Below are positions 7,925 through 15,515 of a stretch of 27,983 bases of DNA, piece after piece. Source of the stretch: Candidatus Uhrbacteria bacterium (GTDB lineage Bacteria; Patescibacteriota; Patescibacteriia; UBA9934; GWF2-40-263); assembly GCA_023246275.1 (NCBI GenBank), contig JAHFIS010000001.1:2321-30303 (forward strand), given 5' to 3'. The notes beneath the pieces are model-generated. The model worked only from the letters and a program-made list of their open reading frames with translations, searched no databases and was not told the DNA's origin. Position 1 is the first letter of the stretch; every line of letters begins with the position of its first letter. Made by a program: the position numbers and the translations under genes.

Positions 7925-9055
7925 TTACTCAATAACCGGACGATCGATCTCGACTGGCAGGAGTGACTTTCCCGCGGTTCCCCCCGTGATCTTGAAGATA
8001 TCCTTGTCGATCTTCTTAAACTCCTTCCCGGAATCCGCGAATGCCTTGTACGTTGCCTCCAAGTTCTTTCCCACCTTGTTGTGGAAATCCTCGTACGACT
8101 TAAGGTGGCGGACGAGCTGCTCGGCGAACTGTTGGATTTCTTTGACACTCTCTTCGATCTGCAGGGCCTTGAGACCGAGGAGAACCGTCTGGAGGTAGGC
8201 GTAGAAGGACGTGGGCGAGACGATCATGACACCCTTCTCGAACGCATACTCGATGAGGTTGCGCGAGTTGACCGCGACGGCGCCGACGGAAGCGCCGATG
8301 AGGCTGTGGTAGACCCCTTCGGCCGGGACGAACATGAAGGCGAAGTTCGTGGTGCCGCGGTCCGGCTTGATGTACTTGGACGTTTCGTCGATGCGTTTTT
8401 TGACGTCGGACTTGAATTCCTTCTCAAGGATTTCACGACGCGCCGGATCGGACTCGAGGGAAACCTTGTTGTAATTTTCGAGCGAGAATTTTGCGTCAAT
8501 AGGTATCAACATTTCTTTGACGAAAATGACAGAGTCCGGGATAAGCTTTGCTCCCGTTTCGTCGTCGACGCCGAGGTCGTATTGCATCTTGTACTGTCCC
8601 GGCTGAAGAACCTGCCCAAGGAGTGTCTCGAGCCAGTACTCTCCAAGGATTCCTCGCTGTTTCGGGTTCTTCAAAATGTTTTCGAGGCTTTGGAGCTGCG
8701 TGGAAAACTCGAGGACCTGCTTGTTGGTCTCGTCGATCCTGGTGAGGCGCTCCGTGACGTCCTTGAACGTACCTAAGCTGTGGGCAAAGTGCTTTTGAAG
8801 GGTGCTCGACGATTCCGAGAGGCCTTTGAGAAGCTGGTCGCTCATGACGTCGAGGCGCTGCTGGACCTCCGTGCGGTTCTTGTGGGTGGCGTCCGTAAGT
8901 TCGCGTCGAAGGTCGTTCAAGATATTCACAAGGACCGCCGGATCCTGTGCGACTGGCGCGGAGGACCGACGGCTAAATGCTAAAAAAGCCAGGAAACAGA
9001 GGACAATAAGTAGGCCGACGACGATAAGGACAAATGCGAAGGGGGCTATTACCAT
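7925..9055 (-). CDS. rmuC: DNA recombination protein RmuC family
   Basis: N-terminal TM helix, coiled coil, KQRGILGEYWLE, PD..I, PIDAKF, FAFMFVPAE, VSPTSF. ATG 9055 chosen over 9118. Confidence 0.9.
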   Translation of the reverse strand: MVIAPFAFVLIVVGLLIVLCFLAFLAFSRRSSAPVAQDPAVLVNILNDLRRELTDATHKNRTEVQQRLDVMSDQLLKGLSESSSTLQKHFAHSLGTFKDVTERLTRIDETNKQVLEFSTQLQSLENILKNPKQRGILGEYWLETLLGQVLQPGQYKMQYDLGVDDETGAKLIPDSVIFVKEMLIPIDAKFSLENYNKVSLESDPARREILEKEFKSDVKKRIDETSKYIKPDRGTTNFAFMFVPAEGVYHSLIGASVGAVAVNSRNLIEYAFEKGVMIVSPTSFYAYLQTVLLGLKALQIEESVKEIQQFAEQLVRHLKSYEDFHNKVGKNLEATYKAFADSGKEFKKIDKDIFKITGGTAGKSLLPVEIDRPVIE

Positions 9056-9062
9056 ACGGCCT

Positions 9063-9091
9063 TTGACGGGATCGTTAAGGTGCTCTATAAT
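9063..9091 (+). promoter_or_regulatory. Strong sigma70 promoter toward the tRNA pair
   Basis: TTGACG(9063-9068)-17 bp-TATAAT(9086-9091). Confidence 0.8.
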
Positions 9092-9108
9092 TTCGGCACT
9101 GCCGCACA

Positions 9109-9117
9109 AGTATAGCA
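9109..9117 (-). promoter_or_regulatory. Extended -10 promoter for rmuC
   Basis: TG-C-TATACT on the minus strand; no good -35. Confidence 0.5.
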
Positions 9118-9216
9118 TGCCTCGGCTATGCAGGAGCGAGTGGATAAGCTAAACGTTTTACGACGCTTGGTTGTAAAACGAGCGGGTCTATCCGGTGACA
9201 GGGGCAAACATTGCGT

Positions 9217-9291
9217 GCCCACATAGCTCAACGGATAGAGCTGGCCCGTCCTAAGGGCAAGATGGGGGTTCGATTCCCTCTGGGGGCACCA
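9217..9291 (+). tRNA. tRNA-Arg (CCT)
   Basis: Hand-folded 75-nt cloverleaf: D-arm GCTC/GAGC with A20, anticodon CCT, T-loop GGTTCGATTCC, encoded CCA. Several non-canonical pairs. Confidence 0.85.
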
Positions 9292-9399
9292 TCCTACGCT
9301 CTAGCATTGTAGATTGAGTGCTTTGTAGAAAAGAGTTCATGAATCTAGAGTGGTTGGATTCAGAGCTTCGAATGGCAAGCCATCGAACTTAGTCTCAGC

Positions 9400-9415
9400 T
9401 GTTTCACGCGGAACA
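9400..9415. promoter_or_regulatory. parS-like site
   Basis: TGTTTCACGCGGAACA, one mismatch to the parS variant TGTTTCACGTGGAACA. Confidence 0.65.
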
Positions 9416-9446
9416 TTTACAATCGACGGAATAAGATTTGTTATAT

Positions 9447-9522
9447 GGGCCAGTAGCTCAGATGGTAGAGCGCTGCATTCGCATTGCAGAGGTCTGGGGT
9501 TCGATTCCCCACTGGTCCACCA
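9447..9522 (+). tRNA. tRNA-Ala (CGC)
   Basis: 76-nt cloverleaf, G3:U70 alanine identity pair, CTGCA/TGCAG anticodon stem with CGC, GGTTCGATTCC, encoded CCA. Confidence 0.95.
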
Positions 9523-9553
9523 AAAAAGACTCATCGAAAGATGAGTCTTTTTT
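9522..9553. terminator. Bidirectional intrinsic terminator after tRNA-Ala
   Basis: AAAAAAGACTCATC-GAAA-GATGAGTCTTTTTT, a perfect 14-bp inverted repeat with a GNRA loop. Confidence 0.9.
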
Positions 9554-9744
9554 GTAGTGGCCGTTCCCACGGCTCTGCAGTATTCGTCCAAGTGTCATTC
9601 CGGTCGAAGCTGGCAAGTCCTTGTAGAGATTGCCGCGTCGCATAAGGGCATTTCATAATGCGATGGTTCTTTGGACTTCCATCTTACTTACATCGGGAAG
9701 TTTAATTTTTACGTTAGACCAGATGATAAGAAGTGGAAATATCG

Positions 9745-9760
9745 AGTTCCATGTGAAACA
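9745..9760. promoter_or_regulatory. parS-like site
   Basis: AGTTCCATGTGAAACA, two mismatches to TGTTCCACGTGAAACA. Confidence 0.55.
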
Positions 9761-10130
9761 AGATGAATATCAACCGAATAAAGTATAAAGAAATATTTTT
9801 GATATTGATCCTCTACGAGACAAATCGCAAAAGATATTTTTCAAATTTCCCATAGTCAAATAATCATGGTTGTGGTGCTTGCTACAGTTCAATGGGCTGC
9901 AACTCCATCGTGTCATGCCATTGGCATTGCGAATGAATACAGATTCAGTTCATCGCAAAGATTGTTTCGTCGCCTGATGACTTCTCGTAATCACAAAGCG
10001 GGTAATACTGTCTGCGTTTGGACGTGAAATGAACACTGGTCGCTACTGGATATGATGACAAATTTTTTGACATAAAAGTTATTGAATTATTTTGTCAGTC
10101 ATTGACAATTCAGTAGAAGCCGAGCAAATT

Positions 10131-10280
10131 TTGTTCACTTGTCCACACCTGTGTAGACAAACTTATAACAAAGTGGATAAGTTCTTAAAAAGTGAAGATT
10201 TTGTGGGTAACTTTGAGGATTCCTCACAGTTCCTTAGTTTATTTATGAATAATTTGGCTAATTTAAGCTAATAAATTGAT
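10131..10280. other. Candidate oriC core: DnaA-box-like cluster plus AT-rich patch
   Basis: TTGTCCACA(10139 +), TTGTCTACA(10160-10152 -), TTATCCACT(10180-10172 -), TTACCCACA(10210-10202 -) and weaker TTGTTCACT(10131), TTCCTCACA(10220). 10231-10280 is 10/50 GC by hand count. Confidence 0.5.
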
Positions 10281-10308
10281 TGACGAAAGCGTGTATTCAA
10301 GGTATAAT
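10280..10308 (+). promoter_or_regulatory. Strong sigma70 promoter of the surface operon
   Basis: TTGACG(10280-10285)-17 bp-TATAAT(10303-10308). Confidence 0.8.
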
Positions 10309-10330
10309 GGAGCTACCGAATGGTCGAATT

Positions 10331-11236
10331 ATGCGAACGTCAGTCGCAGCCATGGTAATTCTGGGGTTTTTTGGTACGGCAGTTTGTACCTCCGCCCAAA
10401 TGGACTCTGCGAGTTACCAAATTCGGTGGGATACCGTTGGAAATGGCGGGGATGACACAAGCTCCTCCGCTTCCTATGTTCTCCAGGACACGACCGGAAA
10501 CGCAGGCACCGGCGACTCAACGAGCGCATCTTATGGGCTCGGGGCGGGTTATCGCGAAGGCATGGCGGTTCAGGTGCTCGATTTCACGTTCTTTGCGCAG
10601 GACAATTCCGTCTCAAAGGCCGCGACTGGACTTGCGGGGCTGACGATCACATGCAATCCGGCCGGGCTTTCCGTCGGAAACATGATTGCGCTTCTGCAGG
10701 ACAAGGGGGCCGGTCAGGTCACGGCGATCGGCAAGATCGTCTCGACGGCGGCAGGCTCGATTACCGTCGACGCTCTCAAGGACGGCGGAGTCGTGCCCGT
10801 GATCGACGGAACCAATGATTACGTCGTGCTCCTCAGCGGAGACGCATTGGGGTTCGGTACCTTGAGCGCCTCGGCCGTCCGCACATCCGTCATCGGGATG
10901 AACGTCAGCACGAATGCCTTGAGCGGATACGCGGTCCAGATTCTTTCCGACGGCGACTTACGCGACGGCTCGGAAACGATCAACCCGGTCGCCGACGGGT
11001 CCGTCACGGCTGGCTCGGAGGAATATGGCGCGCGTTCGTCCGATTCGGACATCGGCTCGTCAACATTCGATACGGAGGATTCTGCGATCTCGACGTCGTT
11101 CCTAACGGTCGCGGACAACGACGCAGCAGCATCGGATGATCGCAACTTTCTCGTCACAAAGGCATCCATTTCCTCGGCAACGGTCTCCGGAAGCTACGCG
11201 CAGACGCTCACGCTCATCGTCTCCGGACACTACTAA
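10331..11236 (+). CDS. Secreted Ser/Thr/Gly-rich beta protein with a WxL/pilin-like C-terminal domain (301 aa)
   Basis: ATG 10331 lies downstream of the promoter. Signal peptide MRTSVAAMVILGFFGTAVCTSA; N-terminal SASY repeats; STNALSGY..., EEYG and terminal SGSYAQTLTLIVSGHY strand; no anchor. Confidence 0.7.
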   Translation: MRTSVAAMVILGFFGTAVCTSAQMDSASYQIRWDTVGNGGDDTSSSASYVLQDTTGNAGTGDSTSASYGLGAGYREGMAVQVLDFTFFAQDNSVSKAATGLAGLTITCNPAGLSVGNMIALLQDKGAGQVTAIGKIVSTAAGSITVDALKDGGVVPVIDGTNDYVVLLSGDALGFGTLSASAVRTSVIGMNVSTNALSGYAVQILSDGDLRDGSETINPVADGSVTAGSEEYGARSSDSDIGSSTFDTEDSAISTSFLTVADNDAAASDDRNFLVTKASISSATVSGSYAQTLTLIVSGHY

Positions 11237-11237
11237 T

Positions 11238-12191
11238 ATGTCCCGACGATTCTTCCTCCCCCTCATCTGTGCGGTCGTCCTGTTGTGGATGCCGTGTCGC
11301 GCCCTTGCCTTCGCCGTCGCCCCCGCCTCTCTCGACCTTTCGGGACGGCGCGGCGAGACGATCAAGGACACGATCGCGGTCATCAACGACGGGAGCGCCG
11401 AACAGACGTTCACGCTCGGGACGCTCAAGTTCGTCCCGGACGAAACGTCGACGCCGAAGTTCATTCCATTTGAGACGGATCACTCGGGCCTCCCCGAGTG
11501 GATTGCGTTTCCGATAAAGACGGTCACGGTTCCCGCCAATACGAAGGTGGACGTCCCGTTCACGGTTACGATTCCCGACGCGGTTCCGTCGGGAACGGCT
11601 TACGCCGCGATTACCGTCTCCGCTGCCTCTTCCGAGGTCGTTGCGACGAACGGCGCTGCGATCAACGCGAAGATGGCTTCCCTCCTCTTCGTCACGGTCC
11701 AGGGAGAGACGGTCGAGAAGCTCGCGCTGCTCGACTTTGGCGCGACGAACTCCGGGAATACGTCGCTCCAGCTGGCGCGATGGTTCAACTTTCGCGTGCA
11801 GAACCAGGGAAACGTCGTGGCAGTCCCAAGCGGGACGATCACGCTCGTCGACGCAATCGGACGGACGCTTCTTTCTCAGCCGATCAATTCAGAACAATCG
11901 CGCGTCCTTCCAATGACCACGCGCTCGTTCGCCGGATCGATCGGTCCGATCCCGTCGAGCTTCGGCGACGCGCTCCGGTCCGAGGTCGCAAACTTCGCGA
12001 TCGGTCCCGTCACGGCAAAGCTTACGGTCGCGTCCGGTTCCCAGACCTTTTCGAAAACCGCGTCCTATTGGACGCTTCCCTGGCATCTCCTTTTGACCGC
12101 CGCGATGGCCGTCGTGATTCTCCTCGCTCTTTGGAAACTCCTGTCGCGCGGCCGGGACCGGCTCGGACGCATCAGGACGGGATCGCAATAA
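11238..12191 (+). CDS. DUF916-like (WxL-interacting / chaperone-like) protein with C-terminal TM anchor (317 aa)
   Basis: ATG 1 nt after the previous stop. Signal peptide, VAPASLDL, I.V.N.G, EWI.F....VTVPA...DVPFTVTIP....G..YAAI, V.N.GNV..P.G.ITL, then a C-terminal hydrophobic helix and basic tail. Confidence 0.7.
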   Translation: MSRRFFLPLICAVVLLWMPCRALAFAVAPASLDLSGRRGETIKDTIAVINDGSAEQTFTLGTLKFVPDETSTPKFIPFETDHSGLPEWIAFPIKTVTVPANTKVDVPFTVTIPDAVPSGTAYAAITVSAASSEVVATNGAAINAKMASLLFVTVQGETVEKLALLDFGATNSGNTSLQLARWFNFRVQNQGNVVAVPSGTITLVDAIGRTLLSQPINSEQSRVLPMTTRSFAGSIGPIPSSFGDALRSEVANFAIGPVTAKLTVASGSQTFSKTASYWTLPWHLLLTAAMAVVILLALWKLLSRGRDRLGRIRTGSQ

Positions 12192-12197
12192 TCGTGT

Positions 12198-15100
12198 GTG
12201 TTCAACCGCTGGTCAAAATCGTTCTGGAGCGTCGTATTCCTCATCGTTAGCGTAACGATGCTGGTTGCGGCTGCTTCATACGCGGCCACGGTCACCACGG
12301 CGAACGACACCCCGACGTCGCTTCAAACGTCGGCAGGCGCGAATCATACGGTGGTCTTCACCACCCCAAGCGGCGTGTCCGAAGGCGAGACGGTCGTCCT
12401 CGGATTCTCCACGGCATTCGACACCGCGTCGATCGTGGAGGACGACGTGGACGTTCAGGACGACGGGGTCGACCTCACCACCGCGGCGAATTGCGGTGGC
12501 GCGGAGCAGGCATCCGTCGCGATGGCGTCCGACGAGCTTACGGTCACGATCTGCGCCGGCGACGGCGGAACGATCGCGGCGGGAAGCGAGATTTCGGTGA
12601 GGATCGGAAACAACGCGGCGGCCTCGGGGATCGGGGCAGACCAGATCGCGAACCCGCCAACCGCGGGAACCTATTATCTCTCCATCGCCGGAACGTTCGG
12701 CGACTCCGGATCGATCGCGCTTCCCGTGCTTGAGTCGGGATCGGTCGGAGTGACGGGAACGGTCCCGTCGGCGGGAGGCGGCAGCGGAGGTGGCGGCGGC
12801 GGATGCGGCGACTCGACCGCGCCGGGGGTTTCCTCGATCGCGATCTCGGGCGTCACGACCTCGTCAGCCACGGTCAGCTGGACCACCGACGAGAACGCGG
12901 ACAGCGCGGTCGACTACGGGACCACGACGTCCTATCTGTCCGGCACGGAGTCGGACACGAGCCTCGTCACGTCTCACTCCAAGGTTCTGTCGGGGCTCTC
13001 CGAAGGAACGACCTACCACGTTCGCGCCCGGTCGAAGGACCTGTGCGTGAACGAGGCCGTCTCTGTGGATCAGACCTTCATGACTGCCGACGCGAGCGCG
13101 CCGGTCATCTCAAACGTCGTCGCGACCGTCACCTCGTCCTCGTCCGTCACGGTCACCTGGACGACCGACGAGCCAGCGACGAGCTACGTCCACTACGGCC
13201 CGACCTCGTCCTACGGGACGACCGTCGGCGACTCGTCGTTGACCACGACCCACTCGGTCATCCTGACAGGGCTGGACGCGGGAACGACCTATCACTTCGA
13301 CGTTCTTTCCTCGGATGCGTCGGGAAATTCCTCGTCGTCGACGGACGCGACGTTCGCAACCACGTCGAACCCGGCCCCGACGAATGTCTCCGACTTGTCC
13401 GTCGTGCCAGGCGACGGAACGCTTACGATCAGCTGGTCGAATCCGACCGATGCCGATCTGGCAGGCGTGCGCGTCCTCCTTTGTTCCGCGGGATACCCGT
13501 CAGGCCCGACAGATTCGAGCTGCTCGGTTGTCTACACGGGCCTAGCCAACTCGACGAACGTTTCCGGTCTAACAGACGGCACAACCTATTACGTCGGTGT
13601 CTTCGCATATGACACCGTTGGGCAGTTCGCTTCTGGCGCTCTCGGTTCGGGTACCCCGAATGCGTCAGTAGAAGAGGTGCCCATACCTGCAGAGGTTCCT
13701 TTACCTGTAGTGACTCCTCCCGAAGGGGAGCCGACCGTTCCGGCCGCGACTGGGACGACCGCGATTCCTTCGGCGGCAGTCCCTGCAGGGACAGAAACCC
13801 CCGCAGAGCCGGCGCTTCCCATCCCCCCGACCACGGTCGCGGCCGGGGAGCTTGTCCCACAGGGGGATGTCTCGTTCCTTGTCGCCAACGGGCAGATCGA
13901 GCTCGAACCGTCCGGCTCCGGCACGGTTCACTTGCTCGGCAACCGCCCGTTACGCGTGATGCTTGAAACAAAGCATCTCATGAAGCCAGTCTCCCGCGTG
14001 CAGCTCATCCTTGGCGCCAGCGCCTATATCATGGCCATGGCCCAGGACGGCTCGACGTATGCGGCCGACGTCACCTCCCCAGGTGCGCCCGCCGACTACG
14101 GAACCGCGGTGAGCCTCAGCTATGCGGATGGAACGGTCCAGTCCATCACGTTTACCCTCGAGGTCGAAGGCGACGGGTACGCCTACTTCCAACAGGACGG
14201 ACAAATCTCTCGCGTCGGAGACGCGAACGTCACGCTGGTCGCAAACGGTACTGCCCCCTGGGACGGATCCCCCTTCGCGCAGTTCAACCCGGCGACGACA
14301 ACAACGGACGGGCAATTCGGATGGTACGTGCCGAACACGACGTACGCTCTTTCCGCGGACGCGAGCGGGTACTCGCATGCCGAGACAGGGACGTTTACCG
14401 TGACGGACCACATCGCCAACCAATCCATCCGCCTGGAGCCGGTCCCGGCGGAGGTCGTTTCTCCGACGCAACTCACCAACACGGTGAGGTCGAACCTTTC
14501 CATCGCGGGCATGCTCGTGTCCGCGTCGCTCGAATCCGTTCGCTCCGTTCCCGGGGTCGAACGGGCGGCCGCGGCCTCCACCCCCGCGCTCGCCGTCGTG
14601 ACGGCACTCTCTGCCGCCGTGCTCTTTACCAGCTTCGATCTCCTTCCGTTCCTTCAATACGTCTTCACGTCCCCGTTCCTCTTCTTCTGGCGTCGCAAGC
14701 GCCAGGCGTACGGAGTGGTCTACAACGCCGTGACGAAAGTACCGCTGGACCTTGCGACCGTTCGGTTGTTCCGCATGCCGGACGACTGGAACGGTGACGC
14801 GAGCGTGGTCGGCAGGCTCGTTCAGAGCCGCGTCACCGACAAGGGCGGACGATATTTTTTCCTTCCTCCCCCGGGCCGGTACCGCATTGCCGCGCTTAAG
14901 AGCCAGTTCGTCTTTCCGTCCAAGTATCTTGGAGGAGCGAAGGACGACGGCATGTTCCTTGACGTCTACCACGGAGAGCCAATCCTTGTGACGGATGCGA
15001 ACGCGAGCGTCTCTGCAAACGTTCCGCTCGATCCGGCGCAGGCTGCCGAGCACCGAACCCCGAAGCAAATTGTGCGCCGAGCGCGGCTGCGCGTGCTGCA

Positions 15101-15515
15101 GAGGGTCGTCGCCATGCTGGGCGTATTGCTCGCCGTCGTGGTCGCGATCATCCGCCCGACCGCCTTTTCAATCGGCATGGTCGGCGTCCAGATCGCGTTC
15201 CACTTCCTCGTTCGCCGCCTCGCGGTTCCCCGCAAGCCAAAGTCCTGGGGAATCGTGTACGACAAGGCTACGGGCCGGCCGCTCGAGCACGTGATCGCCC
15301 GCGTGTTCGAACCGAAATATAACAAGCTGCTCGAGACCGCGGTCACGGACAGCAGGGGCCGCTACACCTTCCTTCTCGGGCCGAACGAGTACTACACCGT
15401 CTACGAAAAAGCGGGATTCTCGAACGCCGAAATTCGGCCGATCGACTATCGCAACCTAACGGAGCCCTCGGAATTCTCACGCGACGTTCAGCTGTCGCGC
15501 GAGGAGTCGCTATGA
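12198..15515 (+). CDS. Large surface protein: N-terminal beta domain, 3 FN3-like repeats, Pro-rich linker, carboxypeptidase-regulatory-like domains, TM segments (1105 aa)
   Basis: Signal peptide; Gly linker; FN3 signatures (ATVSWTTDE...V.YG.T.SY...H...L.GL..GTTYH) twice plus a third (ISWSNP...GLTDGTTYY); TDGQFGW / VTDKGGRYFF / VTDSRGRYTF motifs; hydrophobic helices near the C-terminus. Confidence 0.8.
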   Translation: MFNRWSKSFWSVVFLIVSVTMLVAAASYAATVTTANDTPTSLQTSAGANHTVVFTTPSGVSEGETVVLGFSTAFDTASIVEDDVDVQDDGVDLTTAANCGGAEQASVAMASDELTVTICAGDGGTIAAGSEISVRIGNNAAASGIGADQIANPPTAGTYYLSIAGTFGDSGSIALPVLESGSVGVTGTVPSAGGGSGGGGGGCGDSTAPGVSSIAISGVTTSSATVSWTTDENADSAVDYGTTTSYLSGTESDTSLVTSHSKVLSGLSEGTTYHVRARSKDLCVNEAVSVDQTFMTADASAPVISNVVATVTSSSSVTVTWTTDEPATSYVHYGPTSSYGTTVGDSSLTTTHSVILTGLDAGTTYHFDVLSSDASGNSSSSTDATFATTSNPAPTNVSDLSVVPGDGTLTISWSNPTDADLAGVRVLLCSAGYPSGPTDSSCSVVYTGLANSTNVSGLTDGTTYYVGVFAYDTVGQFASGALGSGTPNASVEEVPIPAEVPLPVVTPPEGEPTVPAATGTTAIPSAAVPAGTETPAEPALPIPPTTVAAGELVPQGDVSFLVANGQIELEPSGSGTVHLLGNRPLRVMLETKHLMKPVSRVQLILGASAYIMAMAQDGSTYAADVTSPGAPADYGTAVSLSYADGTVQSITFTLEVEGDGYAYFQQDGQISRVGDANVTLVANGTAPWDGSPFAQFNPATTTTDGQFGWYVPNTTYALSADASGYSHAETGTFTVTDHIANQSIRLEPVPAEVVSPTQLTNTVRSNLSIAGMLVSASLESVRSVPGVERAAAASTPALAVVTALSAAVLFTSFDLLPFLQYVFTSPFLFFWRRKRQAYGVVYNAVTKVPLDLATVRLFRMPDDWNGDASVVGRLVQSRVTDKGGRYFFLPPPGRYRIAALKSQFVFPSKYLGGAKDDGMFLDVYHGEPILVTDANASVSANVPLDPAQAAEHRTPKQIVRRARLRVLQRVVAMLGVLLAVVVAIIRPTAFSIGMVGVQIAFHFLVRRLAVPRKPKSWGIVYDKATGRPLEHVIARVFEPKYNKLLETAVTDSRGRYTFLLGPNEYYTVYEKAGFSNAEIRPIDYRNLTEPSEFSRDVQLSREESL

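Noticed and set aside
9194-9216. GACAGGGGCAAAC resembling the 5' part of a c-di-GMP-I riboswitch
   Set aside because: The downstream GNRA hairpin and GCAAA/receptor elements are missing, and the sequence runs straight into the tRNA.
9337-9643. Short ORFs 9337..9591, 9350..9544 and 9458..9643
   Set aside because: They overlap tRNA-Ala and its terminator.
9653-9712. Minus-strand peptide VKIKLPDVSKMEVQRTIAL, vaguely like type I RM HsdS I.LP.L.EQ..I
   Set aside because: Only 19 residues, no start codon and flanked by stops; cannot be told from chance.
9866-10027. 53-aa plus-strand ORF (MVVVLATVQWAATPSCH...)
   Set aside because: No SD, no promoter identified, no motif; consistent with a random ORF in AT-rich DNA.
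10280-10330. Upstream starts (TTG 10280, ATG 10307) for the first operon gene
   Set aside because: They coincide with the -35 and -10 hexamers of the promoter; ATG 10331 gives a clean signal peptide.
9217-10330. Possible prophage or genomic island integrated at the tRNAs
   Set aside because: No integrase and no duplicated tRNA 3' end (att) found in the window.
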